This document shows positions 13,101 to 25,830 of a DNA stretch of 64,000 nt, piece after piece (position 1 is the stretch's first letter; every line of letters starts with the position of its first letter). The DNA comes from Priapulus caudatus (Eukaryota): NCBI RefSeq assembly GCF_000485595.1, contig NW_014577061.1:1202789-1266788 (forward strand), given 5' to 3'. The notes below the pieces were generated by a model, which saw only the letters and a program-made list of their open reading frames with translations, was not told the DNA's origin and searched no databases. A program made the translations under genes and the position numbers.

Positions 13101-14692
13101 ATAAAATTTAATTAATAAATTACTTTATAAAGAATGTACTATCGTACGTCCTCTTTTATCATACCCATCTCGCGCCTGTGTTATATAGCCGNNNNNNNNN
13201 NNNNNNNNNNNNNNNNNNNNNNNNNNNNNNNNNNNNNNNNNNNNNNNNNNNNNNNNNNNNNNNNNNNNNNNNNCATGTAGTACCCACCTGTACCACCCAT
13301 GTAGTACCCACCTGTACCACCTATGTAGTACTCACCTGTACCACCTGTACCACCTGTGTAGTACACACCTGTACCACCTGTGTAGTACCCACCTGTACCA
13401 CCTGTGCAGTACTCACCTGCGTGATTGTGTGTGTGATGAGCGAGTGCGCGTGTTACAGCTGCAGACAGAGCGCGACGAACTCTACAAGAAGTTCGTCGCC
13501 GCCATCAACGAGGTGCAGCAGAAGAGTAGCTTCAAGAACCTGCTGCTGGAGAGGAAGCTGTCGGCGCTCGCAGACTCGCTCGAGAAGAAGGAAGCTCAGC
13601 TCAACGAGGTGCTGTCGGCGTCCAACCTCGACCCGCAAGCACTGAGCATCGTCACGAGGAAGCTGGAGGTATGCGGCTGACGTAGGCGGCGGCGCTGGCT
13701 TCTTACTTCGTCGTCATCTCAAGAGGCTGAGTTTTAACAATTTCAGGGGCGAGGCAGTGTTGTTGAGTTTGAAAAGAAGTTTTTTTGTGTGCCATGCCAT
13801 TATGAGCGTATAAAGGAAAACATTTCCTTTAATATAATGGCACCAGGGCAAACATTTCCTTTAAAGGAGAGGCAAAAAGCAGCTTACTTTTTTATGAACA
13901 CTTAATGTGGGACATGAAAGAGATACAAACACAACGTGAAATTTATTTGAAAGGCAGGTAGGTGAACCAGGTAAGACAGCCACGGCGGTTTATTGCTGTG
14001 GTCATTATTCAATGCTCGAGACACCATGGCAACTGAGGAGGGAAACCACGGCCCTAGCTGTCAATGCCGAATTGATGTTCGAGTCCTGTAGTTTCGTATG
14101 CATGTACTCGTACTTCGTACTCACGTGTCCTCAGCATGATCAGTTGCTATGTCTTGACATATTTTGCTCTTCGTGCATACAGGATGTATTGGATTCGAAA
14201 AATTCGGCGATCAAAGATTTGCAGTATGAACTAGCGAGAGTTTGCAAGGTAAGTTGTTTTGCTGACGGGTGCAACCTTCTGGTAATAACAATTCTGAATG
14301 CACACATTGCTGAAAGTTGTTCTGTAAGGACATCTACTAGTTTCTCAGTGTTGTTAATGAGCTTTTTCGAGTAAGGGCAATTCATTCTATTCGTACCGCG
14401 ATCGTTCCTCATCCCTGTCACCGTACCGTTTTATCTGCCTCTCTGCCATAGTGTTGCTTACCTGTGCTTCTTTCAATCACGCTGTTTTCGCCCCCCCCCC
14501 CCTCTCCATCGTGCTCACCACCATGCTTAACTGCTGCTGCAGGCTCACAACGACATGTTGAACACGTATGAAGCGAAATTGAGGAGCTACGGTGTGCCCC
14601 CGGAGGAGCTCGGATTTAAGCCACTGCAGATGTCGTTCGGGGGCCAGCGGCTTGGGCAGGGCCCCGCAGGACTTGTGGCCGCCCCAACATAA
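4187..14692 (+). CDS. GAS8: Growth arrest-specific 8 / dynein regulatory complex subunit 4 (DRC4, trypanin family)
   Basis: Exons 4187-4291, 4657-4854, 5183-5389, 7890-8150, 8964-9218, 13459-13668, 14183-14248, 14543-14692 (TAA). All are GT-AG and phase 0, 1452 nt in total. Translation includes [60 protein letters not shown] and [13 protein letters not shown], which are typical of GAS8. The initiator ATG must sit on an upstream micro-exon that was not located. Confidence 0.96.
5820..7870 (+). repeat. 27-29 bp minisatellite (gcccttgcctcactaaccccctcccaa) in a GAS8 intron
   Basis: Clean units at both ends and indel-rich units in the middle. It runs directly into the acceptor at 7889. Confidence 0.9.
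8139..8655 (+). repeat. ~91-bp tandem repeat spanning the GAS8 exon/intron junction
   Basis: aacacgctgaag|gtgcg-like unit starts at 8139, 8231, 8322, 8413 and a degenerate copy at 8531. Confidence 0.88.
9625..9867. mobile_element. CAGGG-ended non-autonomous element (same family as 21338-21665)
   Basis: caggggtacaaatgaactttt...gttaatttcgcaccct. The internal sequence is shared with the 21.3-kb copy. Inserted in a short ~85-bp local tandem repeat. Confidence 0.65.
10080..12870 (+). repeat. 24-bp minisatellite (acacaggtggtacaggtgagtact), error-rich
   Basis: Roughly 100 degenerate units with many single-base indels. Confidence 0.9.
13274..13420 (-). repeat. Clean, opposite-orientation piece of the same 24-bp minisatellite next to GAS8 exon 13459
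   Basis: (catgtagtacccacctgtaccacc)n directly after the N gap. Confidence 0.9.
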
Positions 14693-15727
14693 GGGCAGTA
14701 GTCGCTGCTGGGCGGGGTACGTCGCCCCCCAACCCCCACACACAGGACATTTGTGGCCAGCCGGCTCTTGGACAAAGGGGTTGCAGGCATTGTTTGACTC
14801 CAGTTTCGAAATTTTCACACGAGGAAGGTTTGGAGAAACTTATTGTCGGGGAAGATTTCAAGCAGTAGATAGTTTGTTGTTACTACTTCGAATGAAAAGT
14901 ATGTTGCTTACCAAATAACAAAAAAGGAAAATGTGACAAAGATAGTGAAAATGTGAAATATAGAGAAGCCGCACATATATTTATATCACTCGATTTTTGA
15001 TTAGGTGGATCACGTGTGAAAAAGTAATTTTATTATCTTCACTATGGTTCGAGCAATTCAATCCACAGTATGTTCTGCACACTCAGTATGTGTAGCCTAG
15101 TTGTGCATGTCTGTGTATACATGCCTGCGTACTACTGTTTATCACACGTGTGAGTGTTATTATTTACATTTTATACGCAACATTAAAGTTTTCACCAGTA
15201 ATGGCGGTTTTATATCATTTATGAGCCTTCATTGTTTCATGAAAAGCTATATATATCAATATATAAACATACTTGTAAATACTAAACCGAGGTCAATGAA
15301 CTTTTTTAGTTCCACATACGTTTATTTGCAACCCTCGTAAACCACGTCACGTGCGGTTGCGTGACAGGAAAGCCCAGTGCAAACATTACATGTAGAAGAT
15401 TCTAGAAGTATTTATCTATGTATCTATCTATCAATATCATCTAGTGAAAGACCGGAAAGCAGATAACACAAAATCTGGTGTTAGTATTGCCACTCGTATT
15501 CTCGCTGCATTCTACACACGACATACATTTATGGGAAAACTGTCCGTGCTGGATTGGCCGGTCCATAACGTGTGAAGTCTCAATGGTCGTCGGACGAGAT
15601 TTTAGGTGATTATATTTTTTAATGAACTTCTGACTTTTACAGGTAATTGGTAAGTTGTAACCGAAATTAAATTGTATATTGATTATCTGTCATTGTTGTT
15701 ATGATGACTTCACCGCTGGCAGGCTTG

Positions 15728-15814
15728 GGCTAACGCTCCATTAGGAGTGTTCGCAAACTTTGATATCATTAATGATTAATGATTGATAATCCTAACCCTA
15801 ACCTAAACCACAAA

Positions 15815-15870
<56 letters not shown>

Positions 15871-15924
15871 ATTATGACCATTAATGACATTAAAGTTGGG
15901 AACACTCCTAATGGAGTATCACCC
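15728..15924. mobile_element. MITE with ~45-bp TIRs, internal CCCTAA and (TA)n, 8-9 bp TSD
   Basis: ctccattaggagtgttcgcaaactttgatatcattaatg pairs with cattaatgacattaaagttgggaacactcctaatggag. caggcttg(g) occurs on both flanks. Confidence 0.7.
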
Positions 15925-17699
15925 CAGGCTTGGTATAAAACCATTTCATTCATAAGGACTAGGAATTTAATAATTTATTTACTTGCCACTATCAGTAGAA
16001 AACCACGAGCAATTTTTTTACCAACTAAAACATTGCTTTTACGTTGCTTTTACTATGGTTTTTACGTGACAACCTCAACAATTGCCTGGTATGCTTGCTG
16101 TAAGCTGTATAATTATGAGGTTGCCGTGTACGTGTCCTTCCTCAGTCGCCGTCTCGAACTGTCCCCATTAAATTCCCCGCGCATGCAGTATCAAACGATA
16201 GCTCCTCGCAGCTGTAGGCTATCAAGTCTTCTTTTACAACCGAGCAACCGTTGCCAAGTTCGCCGGCCGTATTTAGCATACACTGTGGTGGTATACACGA
16301 ACCCCTTTAGACTGGTGAGGCAGACACCCCCAGTCTATATATAGAACGATTTCTAATGAACTAATATCAAGATTCCATTACCCGAAGCTCTGACGCAGCG
16401 GGACTTGTGAATGTCTACAACTGCATACGGTTTGTCCAGGGTTTAATGGGTTCACGATACTGTCACGAGTTTGACATCTACGAGTCCATGCAAATCTATG
16501 AAACTAGCGTTTGGTCAGATCGGCAAATTTTCTGTGTATACAGAGCCGTAATGCGTGACATGAAACGCGAAACAACGCTCAATAGTCGTCGTAAATTTTC
16601 AAACAAATTGCTATATTTATTAGTAACGATTCTATATTAAACACTGCGAATTATGTCAATATAGATGCAGGGTGATTTTTCAATGTGCAAGTAGGGAACT
16701 TGCGAGGCACGTTTTGATGACCAGCATACAAGTGGTAGTATAATAAGGCATTCTCAAGCAGTACAACCATACCCCGAACACACCCTGGCATGGGGGCGTG
16801 CAATAACGAGACTCGATGAAACGGTGCAAGACAGGCAGCTAGTGACATCACATTAATGCACCCAATGTCACTGGCATAACCTGCTAAGCCTCATCTAAGC
16901 AATAAATGCATCTGTTGAGTCAACCAACGTCACGTGGATCCCTCCGTGTCACACAATACAGGTGACAGTAGGTATGACCAATATTCTTGGTTTGACATTA
17001 CACAAAACCTATGCAGTACCTAGTATATAGTTGATATGCACACCATACCGATCACACACAGCGATGGAACCACAATCTATTCTTGCTACACTATCTATCA
17101 TACGTGCACTCTACACACTATCAACAGGAATATAATTCAAAATCTATGTGAGGAGTAATTCCTAATATAAACATCCTTGAATGCATCTCATGCAGTGATA
17201 TAGGCTCATTTTTCGATATGCTAGGATTCACTCAGAGGAATATACATTGCACATCGAGAAAGATAATGATATATAGTGCATTCACTCCAACACGTGCAGT
17301 ATTGCAATTAACATCAAAACATACACACCCTGCTCCACAGCACAACAAGTTCATTAACAATTTACTGTAGGCAGTGCTTTATAGATGGAACTATTGTTGT
17401 CAGTTGGTTACACGTTTAGAATTTAATATAACATGTGCTTATTGTCATTATATTTGTCATTATTAACCCCCGATAAATTGCTTTAATTTTTACACGTAGT
17501 ATACGACAGCCCGTTGGGGGCACGCTGGAACATTTACTTAGCTTTAGGTCCAGCATCTATTTCGCATAAGTAATCTCAGATGAGCACAGCTCAACGTTTT
17601 ATAATATAAATAGCAAGTAACATAACAGACGAACCGACGGGAAACAGCGTTTGAGAAATGGGTGAGATCACCCAGGACTGTCAGCCTGGCTAGACAAAT

Positions 17700-17796
17700 G
17701 CCTGCACACGCACACAAATGCTGGTGCACACGCACACGCACACCCATGGACGCGCGCGCACACACACGCACGCACGCACGCACGCACGCACACACG

Positions 17797-17832
<36 letters not shown>
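17700..17832. repeat. (CACG)n/(CA)n microsatellite
   Basis: Direct reading of the sequence. Confidence 0.85.
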
Positions 17833-17834
<2 letters not shown>

Positions 17835-18223
17835 TCTAGACAAGGTATTGCGACCCTGTGAAGAGTCTGCAGCCTGACAGTCTAACCTGTCTCTGCAAGG
17901 TCACGTCATCGTATCTGATAAAAAGCACGCTCGCCATGAGATCTCTGCACTCCTGGACTCCTGGACCAGCACTCCACCACCCCCTCCCCCTGATGGACTG
18001 TGCGGCGAGTCTACGTTTCCACCCCACACCACCCCACCCCACCCACTCGCTCGCCCACATGCACGCACGCACGCTCAACGTTCACGTTCTTTATAAGTGT
18101 TGCTCCACAACTGATTTGGCGTGTCACTCACCACCTCCCACCTGTGTCACTGCCAGCCCCGGGAGGTGTGGGGGCAGCGCATGTGCACAGCATTCCACCG
18201 ATCTTGTCCTTTGAAAACTATAC

Positions 18224-18256
<33 letters not shown>

Positions 18257-19494
18257 CAATCGTAAAATCTTAAAATTTACAAATCTAAGACTGCAGTCAG
18301 TAAAATAAATATGCTCGGTGAGCAGAGGGATATTATCAGATATTATGAGAATCGTGGCCTATGCTACGTGCTTAAAATAGAAATCAACATAAACATAAGC
18401 TAAGCACAGCACAGCACCACGTATGATTACCTATACTACACTAAACGATGCTATAAAACTATGTAGTATGGTCTCGCGAGACCGCTTTGACCTTCAACGT
18501 TAAAACCGGCGCACGCGCGAGCGGGTGTCGAAAAGCAGTGACGTATAACCGCCAACAACAAACCGAGATAACAAAAACCTTGTTAAAATCATGCTAGCAA
18601 CTACGTACCATTCAAACTGACTTACAAACTGTCTCTCAACGTTTGCATCTTGTCAGAAAAGGATTCACACACGCGCTCGCACACACGCAATCTACTACAC
18701 AATTCAGTAGGCAATCACTTATTGCGCTGTGCAACCAACACGAAATACGCATGTACAGATGCAATGAGACCGAGGAAACCTCGTAACTGGACAATATGCA
18801 TGTAGTTCCTGCTATTGTTCTACACGTACAGACTGTAAATGTGTTTACACACGAAGGTACGTGGGGAAACGCAATCAGCGCAGCAGTTGCCGCGACTTCG
18901 TATAGATATTAACAGCAGGACTAGGTAGTTTAAATAAAAACAATATTACATATAATACCCACTGCTTCTATACTTATACCACACCACCACACTGATACCC
19001 AAATAAAAATATTTTTGGTTTTTCCACAAGTTTTGAATTATTTAGTCCTATTTCAATATTAATATTGATTACAAAGACTTCCCACATGTACACATGCGTG
19101 CACGCACGCACGCAAGCCCTAACACGCATGCACACACAATGGTCTAAAGTGTTAAAATGGTAATTATCAAGAGCTAATAATAACTAGAGCCCCATTACAG
19201 GGGCTCATTTCCCATACCAGGAAAACAGCGCTCTTTTACTGCAAAATTACTCTATTTTTAATGTCTAAATTAATTCATAGCATTACATTTAGCAGCATTA
19301 CTTACTCTTGTAAATGTTCTACATTAAGCACACCACCTAATTGGACACAGGGACACACTGAACACACGACGAGATACTTCCTTGCACAAAACAAACAATG
19401 CTCGATGGCGATATTAAAGATACGCGCACCAAAGTTGACAAGAATTCACCTAGACGGCGGCGCCGCCATTATTAAGCTACGCGTGGAGTCGACC

Positions 19495-22400
19495 TCAGCA
19501 GCGGAAGCTCTGCCGATTGTTGCTGCGGCCGCTGGGATTGCTCGCGTAGTGCTTCCTGCGGTGACGCTTGCCGCGCGCGTGCACCTCTCGCGCCTTGTTG
19601 CTGCGCTCGAGCTGCGACCTCCGGCACTGCAGGTAGCGATCCCGCGTCTCCAGCTTTTGCATAGATAGCAGAGCCTGCTTCTCCTGAATGGTGTTGAGGG
19701 CGGCGCCGTGCACGACGCCCGGACGACGCGGGTGATGTATCCACCCGCGCTGTGCAGCACCTGCGAATCGATCGTGCAGACGATGCAAAGGTAAGAGTAT
19801 GACACGGTTGCCGCGCCAACCACCACCCAAACTGAACGCGTACGGCTCTCAACTACAGCGATTAATAAATTATGATCGGCGATCGTGTCACGTTTTCTGT
19901 CCTTTACTGGTCTATTGACGCCAACAACACATACACGCACCTGTGTGCATGCATGCAGCTGCGCACACACGACTAGTTCGACATACAGAGCCTGGGATAT
20001 CGCTTCCCTTTTATTGCTTACGAGAACAAATTTCGTTGCGACGCCACGCACATGCGAGGTCACGCGCTCCCCTTACCACGCGCCCGTGCATAAACGAAGT
20101 CGCTACCTACCACACTGCGGGGGCGAGTTCTCCTCTGCTTCCTCCGTCTCCTCCTCCTCGTCCCCCTCCTCCTCCTCCTCCTCCTCCTCCTCCTCCTCTG
20201 CGTCCCGGGCGGCGCGGCATTGCTGGGAGCGCAGGCTGTGCATCGAGCCGTAGACGGACATGCTCGGGTGCTCGATGAGCATGTTCTCGAGCGTCGTCGT
20301 CTCGAGCTCGACGGGTCCCGCGCGGCTGCCCGTGAAGCACGGCGGTGGCGTCACGTACCAGCCCTCCTCGACGTGTCCCGGGAAGCTCGACGAACCAGAG
20401 TCGGACGACGGCGTCGACGACGACTGCTCGCGGTCGGGCTGTGCCGAGCCGCCCCCACCGCCGCCCCCCCCGCCGATGCGCTCCTCCGCGCCATCCTTTG
20501 CTGAAAAACGAGGCGGCGTGAATTTGATGCGATTGCCGGCTGTCGCGCGGCATCAGAAACGATAACTCACGATCGAACTGCGCTGACCGTCAGAAGTGGG
20601 AACTTGCGATCGAACTACGCCAACAATCAGAAATGGGAACTCGCGATGGAACTACACTGACCGTCAGAAGTGGAAACTCGCGATCAAACTACACTGACCG
20701 TCAGAAGTGGAATCTCGCGATCAAACTACACTGACCGTCAGAAGTGGAATCTCGCGATCGAACTACGCTGACCGTCAGAAGTGGAATCTCGCGATCGAAC
20801 TACACTAACCGTCAGAAGTGGAATCTCGCGATCAAACTACACTGACCGTCAGAAGTGGAAATTCGCAATCGAACTACACTGACCGTCAGAAGTGGAAACT
20901 CGCGATCGAACTACACTGACCGTCAGAAGTGGAAACTCGAGACCGAACTACACTGACCGTCAGAACGAACTACGCTGACCGTCAGAACGAACTACGCTGA
21001 CCGTCAGAACGAACTACGCTGACCGTCAGATGTCAAAACTCGCGATCGAACAATGCCGACCGTACCGCTTGCTTATTTCTAACCGTCGGCTTTGTGCCGA
21101 AACTCGGAAATGAAAAGCGTGCAAAATGTGTATGAGAAATAAATGCAGTATGACACAATGAGAGTACATAGCGTTTCTCCTATTGCTAATGTAATCCCTC
21201 AACTATTGTGTCGGTTAGGTTTCTTGAAAATGTTGCAATTAGAGAAATCATGGTTGGTGAATACAATGTATAATGGGAAATATGAGGTTTTATTAATACA
21301 TGTTGAAGTCTTTTGAAAATACAGATATATAGCACAACAGGGGTAGAAATTAACTTTTGAACACGGGAGTCCAACGGACTCCCTACCCTCAAAAAGAGGG
21401 AGTCCGCAGCCAAATGAGGGAGTCCTCAGTCTGAAGTTCAAAATTAAGGATATTAACAATAATGCATGTGCTCATTTTTAAGATTCATGCAGTTGCACGT
21501 CTGCAAAATTTTCTTTAGACTTTTACTGAAAAAATACGGTAATTTCGCGAGGCCGTGCTCTGGAACGAACTAGTTAGAATGGCAGAATTTTCAGAGAGTC
21601 ACACAGACTCCTGCATATATATGTCAAATCAGGGAGTATTTGACTCCCGTTAATTTCGCACCCTGACACAAGTTTCACATTATATATTATCAAGGATAGC
21701 GCCAGACGGGAAGTAGGAGCAGAGTGACAACAGCTGCCCCATCATGGCAAAAATAAGTATATATAGATGATATATTATAATATAACAACAGTTATAAACA
21801 TAGCAATTATTTCCTCTTAATTTAAACCTTGATCTTCAAAAAACAATTTGCACAGGGTTAAACATTAACTTTTTATTTCACTAGACCATCGGGCTAGTAA
21901 CTGAGGAAAACCACTAGCCCTGACCTAACTTTCACTAGCCTAGACCCAGACCATTGTTATAGAAAACTTTATTTAGATAAGAGTGTGTCATCGTATGAAT
22001 TCATAGATGCTGTTTCCCGCGCTTTAAATCGCGCGTGGGCTGAGTTCACGTGCAGCATTCGTATTCTACCACGGGCATACACGAGCGCACGGTTTATCGA
22101 TCGTCTACTGCGGCTGGCAGCAAGCCACGTTATTGTTTTTGCCGAAGGGTAAACTGGTATCCGGCCTCACGCTCTGCTAGACAATGTACATGCTCTGCGA
22201 CAAACAGTGCGGCCGCGAGCCAGAGGTGAACTTTCAGTGCAATATATATATGACCAATTCTAACACGACCAGTTGGGCTACTAGCACTCTGGTTGTATGC
22301 GACCGGACCAAGCATTTACCCGACTAGGTCGGTCGGTCGTGGGTTAGTGTCGAACCCTGAATTTGCATCCCCTAGTTTTTGGCCCCTACTCGCAAAGTAG

Positions 22401-23076
22401 TTATAGGTTGCTGTTCCTGCCTGGGGACCTTATTCCTTCCTCATTGAGTATCTTAAACCCACTCCCCACTTCGTCGGGGACCTAGCCTCCAAGTCGGGTG
22501 CCTGATCTAGTGCCTCCCCTGCAGTGTACATGCACACATAAACTATCAATTTAGCATTTGCTAGTGCTCCACTAGCAACAGTAGCTTGTATAGCAGAATC
22601 ACTTTAAATCTGATTTGGAAGATTCAATTATATATATATCCCTACTAGCCTTATTATTTACACAGAGCTATTAGTAATCACCATTTGCCAATCAGTGTTT
22701 TCTTAAATCCAAAGACATCAAACCTCTTGCCGTTAATTTATTACGTTTATTAGTGATCACTGCTGATCAGTTGTCACTTTAGTATATTACAACAGTACCA
22801 CGTGTACACAAGCCTGCCAAAGCATGCCAGCAAGTGTGCGCCCAGAGTTTCCCAGCATGGAATGTACATGTGGCCATGATATGACCACATGTACTATCTA
22901 CATGACGTACTATCAATAACAACACAAGATATTAGAACTGTAAGCCTACCATTTGGCTGATTTGCATCCACAAGCACCCAACCCTCGGCTTCCTGAGTTG
23001 TGATGTGGCAATCGCTGGCATGGTTTGCCTCTGCTGCACTAGTACCAAAGATAATATTGGCAATGTTTCCCAACAT
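19495..23076 (-). CDS. TP53INP: TP53INP1/TP53INP2 (DOR) family autophagy/nuclear cofactor, 260 aa
   Basis: Exons 23076-22950 (MLGNIANIIFG...EAEGWVLVD), 20500-20111 (EEGWYVTPPPCFTG...LENMLIEHPSMSVYG, poly-E) and 19760-19495 (basic C-terminus, TGA). Phase 1-1 junctions, 783 nt. WxVTPPPCF and LENxLIEHPSMSVY are DOR-domain signatures. Confidence 0.92.
20565..21062. repeat. 37-bp minisatellite (actgaccgtcagaagtggaatctcgcgatcaaactac) ending in 22-bp deletion units
   Basis: Period 37 (tcagaagtgg at 20701 and 20738), then period 22 (20953 and 20975). Begins about 65 bp from the TP53INP acceptor at 20501. Confidence 0.92.
21338..21665. mobile_element. CAGGG-ended non-autonomous hAT-like element
   Basis: TIRs caggggtagaaattaac / gttaatttcgcaccctg. 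Flanks gcacaa/acacaa (possible 6-bp TSD with one mismatch). A second copy lies at 9625. Confidence 0.7.
21853..22359. mobile_element. Non-autonomous hAT element, 8-bp TSD
   Basis: TIRs cagggttaaacattaac / gttagtgtcgaaccctg, with exact TSD aatttgca. Confidence 0.85.
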
Positions 23077-25525
23077 CTTCAAACGTTGTGTGTGCTGCAG
23101 CTTCTAGACGACTGTTAATCTTGACAAAGAAAAAAAAAACGTTGTTAAATCTCAGAACAATGAGATAGTACGACAGTTAAGATGCATTGAATGAGTCTTC
23201 TATGATGATGCAGATGAAGAGAAAGGGAGTTTAGACTGGAATAGAATTCGCTATGGCACAGATTAACAGGTTTAATTTAGAATTGAGAGAACAATTTGTA
23301 TGCCGGGCATGCATACTAGCATGAAATAAAGTTCACACAGAGTAGACTTGAAAGAATGATGATTAGATATCAAGTATACGAATACATGAAAATAAACAAT
23401 TTGCGTACAAAAGTAAGAGAAGGCAAGAAGGCTAACTAGGATGCTGACGCCTACCTGTGACACGTGATGACACTCACCTTGATAGACAAATGCCTTCTTG
23501 TTACACAAACTCAGCACATGAACAGCACTGAACAGAGTGCAATAACAGTCGCCAGTAAAGGGAAGGCAATGTTCTACCAACCAAATGTTCCTGTCTATAG
23601 CAAATGACACTCAGTGTGCCCAATGTGTCCATATATGTATAGTATTGTAGACAACAATTGAGCTCGCCAAATTGACAAGTGACATTAATTCAGCTTGTCT
23701 AATGAGTGCGACTGCTCCAAAACAACTGAACTACATCTTGTCACAAGTAACGCAGTCAGTGTTGAACAAGGAGAGAGAGACAACGACATTGATGGGTTAG
23801 CTATAGCCTTTGTCTCTTTTTTTTTACAGCTGTCAGTCTTCCAGCCGAAATGCTGTACATGAATCGAATTTCCAGCACCAGCAGGATCTAGTAATATCAG
23901 CTTGCACGTGACGTAATACATCTAAATCATCTCCACGTCTACTCCGTACATTTACACCACCTAAGCTAATCTCTAAATAATCACGTTACATATCGCGTTG
24001 GACAAGATGTTACAGCAATGCGCTCGTGCCTCCTCGGCTTAACAAAATGCCAACAGTGTTTGTGCATATTCCGTAGGTAATGTAGTAACATTTTATGCTA
24101 TAAAACGCTGGTACACCAGCTCTTTCATGCTCCAAATTTAAATATTAGAAGTGAATAAGGTATAAAGTTGTGGACCAGAAATGATCCTTCGTGCATGGCT
24201 TGCTCATGTAAGGACAGAGCTACCCCAATAAATCACATTATATGCCATCTAAAAACTGCAGGGAAGCTATATCATCAGAATTACCTATGCATTCATGTGT
24301 ATGTCGAAGTAAATTTTGAAGTCTACATTTTGAAAGCTGTCACTCATTTATGCAGCAATGCTTACTTATACAGGTACTTACAATATTGTGATCGACAATT
24401 CTGTTAATTGCTACAGTATGCAACCCACCTGCAAGTATGTTGATGCTTTTCACGTTCACGCGCACACTCTACTGCATTTATTCCGAGTTGCAATTACCTT
24501 GAATTATAAATTCAAAACTTTTATTACCTTGGATTATAATAAGTTGCAGAAGGACATTCAATCATGTGTGATAGTAAGTAATGGAAGTTAATTTTAGACG
24601 ATATTTCTTGCAATGAATACTTGATTTCATGTCCACATGTTAGTACTAAGCCAACCAAGCAGGCCAGCAGCTACATGAAAGCAGCAAGACAGAATATCGA
24701 TGGAACCAGAATCCCACAGTAACAGTCTCTTGTTATATACTTTGTACGCACCTAATCTGCCATACACCTACATGTATTATTATGTAATAATTATAAATAT
24801 AACACTGCAGCTCTAGCTCCCATCCTGAATTCCTGCCTTACACATTTCATCCTCTCTTCGCCTGTTTACCTACTTGTTCTGGTGCATTTTCTCTTTTACT
24901 GCCAACAATAATGAAAAAGTTTAAGTTGATGTAGTTCTCACAGTGCTTCTGTCAGGTTACCAGGCATCTACTAGTACTATATTGTTATTATTAATATTAT
25001 TACGTAGGAGCACTGCCTATCCCAGAAATGCTATGTACTGTTTGAAAAATGTAGGAGGGGGAACTGCAATAAGCTGCTATACCGATTGTTTGACACGTCT
25101 GCTTGTTGGCTAATAAACTATCTCAGCCGTGACAACCGCCACTGTGCATCGAACACCCCTCACAATCAAGGACATTAGCATGTTGGGCAGCAATCGCCTC
25201 GGTGAAAATCAATAATGGCTCATCGTGAACTCTGACACGCTCCCCCACCCAAATAATGGGGCAAATATCGGCCACCATCTCTCACTTTCATTACAGAAAC
25301 GGGCAGAAATGCATATATTTTTATCCCTTCACGCGCACAAAGGAAAACGTGAAGGACGTCCAGCACGACATTGTGCGAAAACCAGTCAAAAGCGGGTCAT
25401 AACACAACCAGAATCGCGATCAGCTGATGTGACTAACTGTACCTAGATGTACACAAAATCCGACTACGCCCTAAAACGTAATCATCTATCTAACATTAAA
25501 TGCTTATTAAACGTCAACAACTTAC

Positions 25526-25680
25526 CGTTCTGATATGGTATGATGTCTTTACTATGACGTGTAACACGAATAAAATGATAACTCTCTTTGCAACGAATAG
25601 AAATAAATTGAAACCACAAAGCAAAACAACCAAACCAAAGCAGCTGACGTAAAAGATGCAAAACAGATGTCAATAACATA
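25526..25680 (-). other. Probable non-coding first exon of the TP53INP-like gene
   Basis: Consensus minus-strand donor (..CG|GTAAGT, plus-strand acttac at 25520-25525) lies just downstream of a motif-rich CpG patch. The 5' end is approximate. Confidence 0.45.
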
Positions 25681-25830
25681 CGTCACGACGGTTCCCCTGA
25701 TTTTCATAGGCTGGAGTGTACCATTATTGGAAAGTGGGCGGAGCTAGGGGGTAGCGGACGTTTGCGTTGCTACGTGACGCTACGTCATCTGTACCCACAG
25801 GCGGCTGGCCACTCAGGCCTGACGACACGT
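25680..25830 (-). promoter_or_regulatory. Putative promoter of the TP53INP-like gene
   Basis: CpG-rich patch in AT-rich DNA, with a GC box (GGGCGG 25736-25741) and clustered TGACG/ACGTGA half-sites (25771-25790). Confidence 0.4.

Noticed and set aside
19261..20565. Overlapping antisense and alternative-frame ORFs over TP53INP (likewise over GAS8 and C8orf82 exons)
   Set aside because: They are shadows of high-GC3 exons.
20565..21062. CRISPR-like 37-bp palindromic repeat
   Set aside because: The units are head-to-tail with no unique spacers, there are no cas genes, and the context is a eukaryotic intron.
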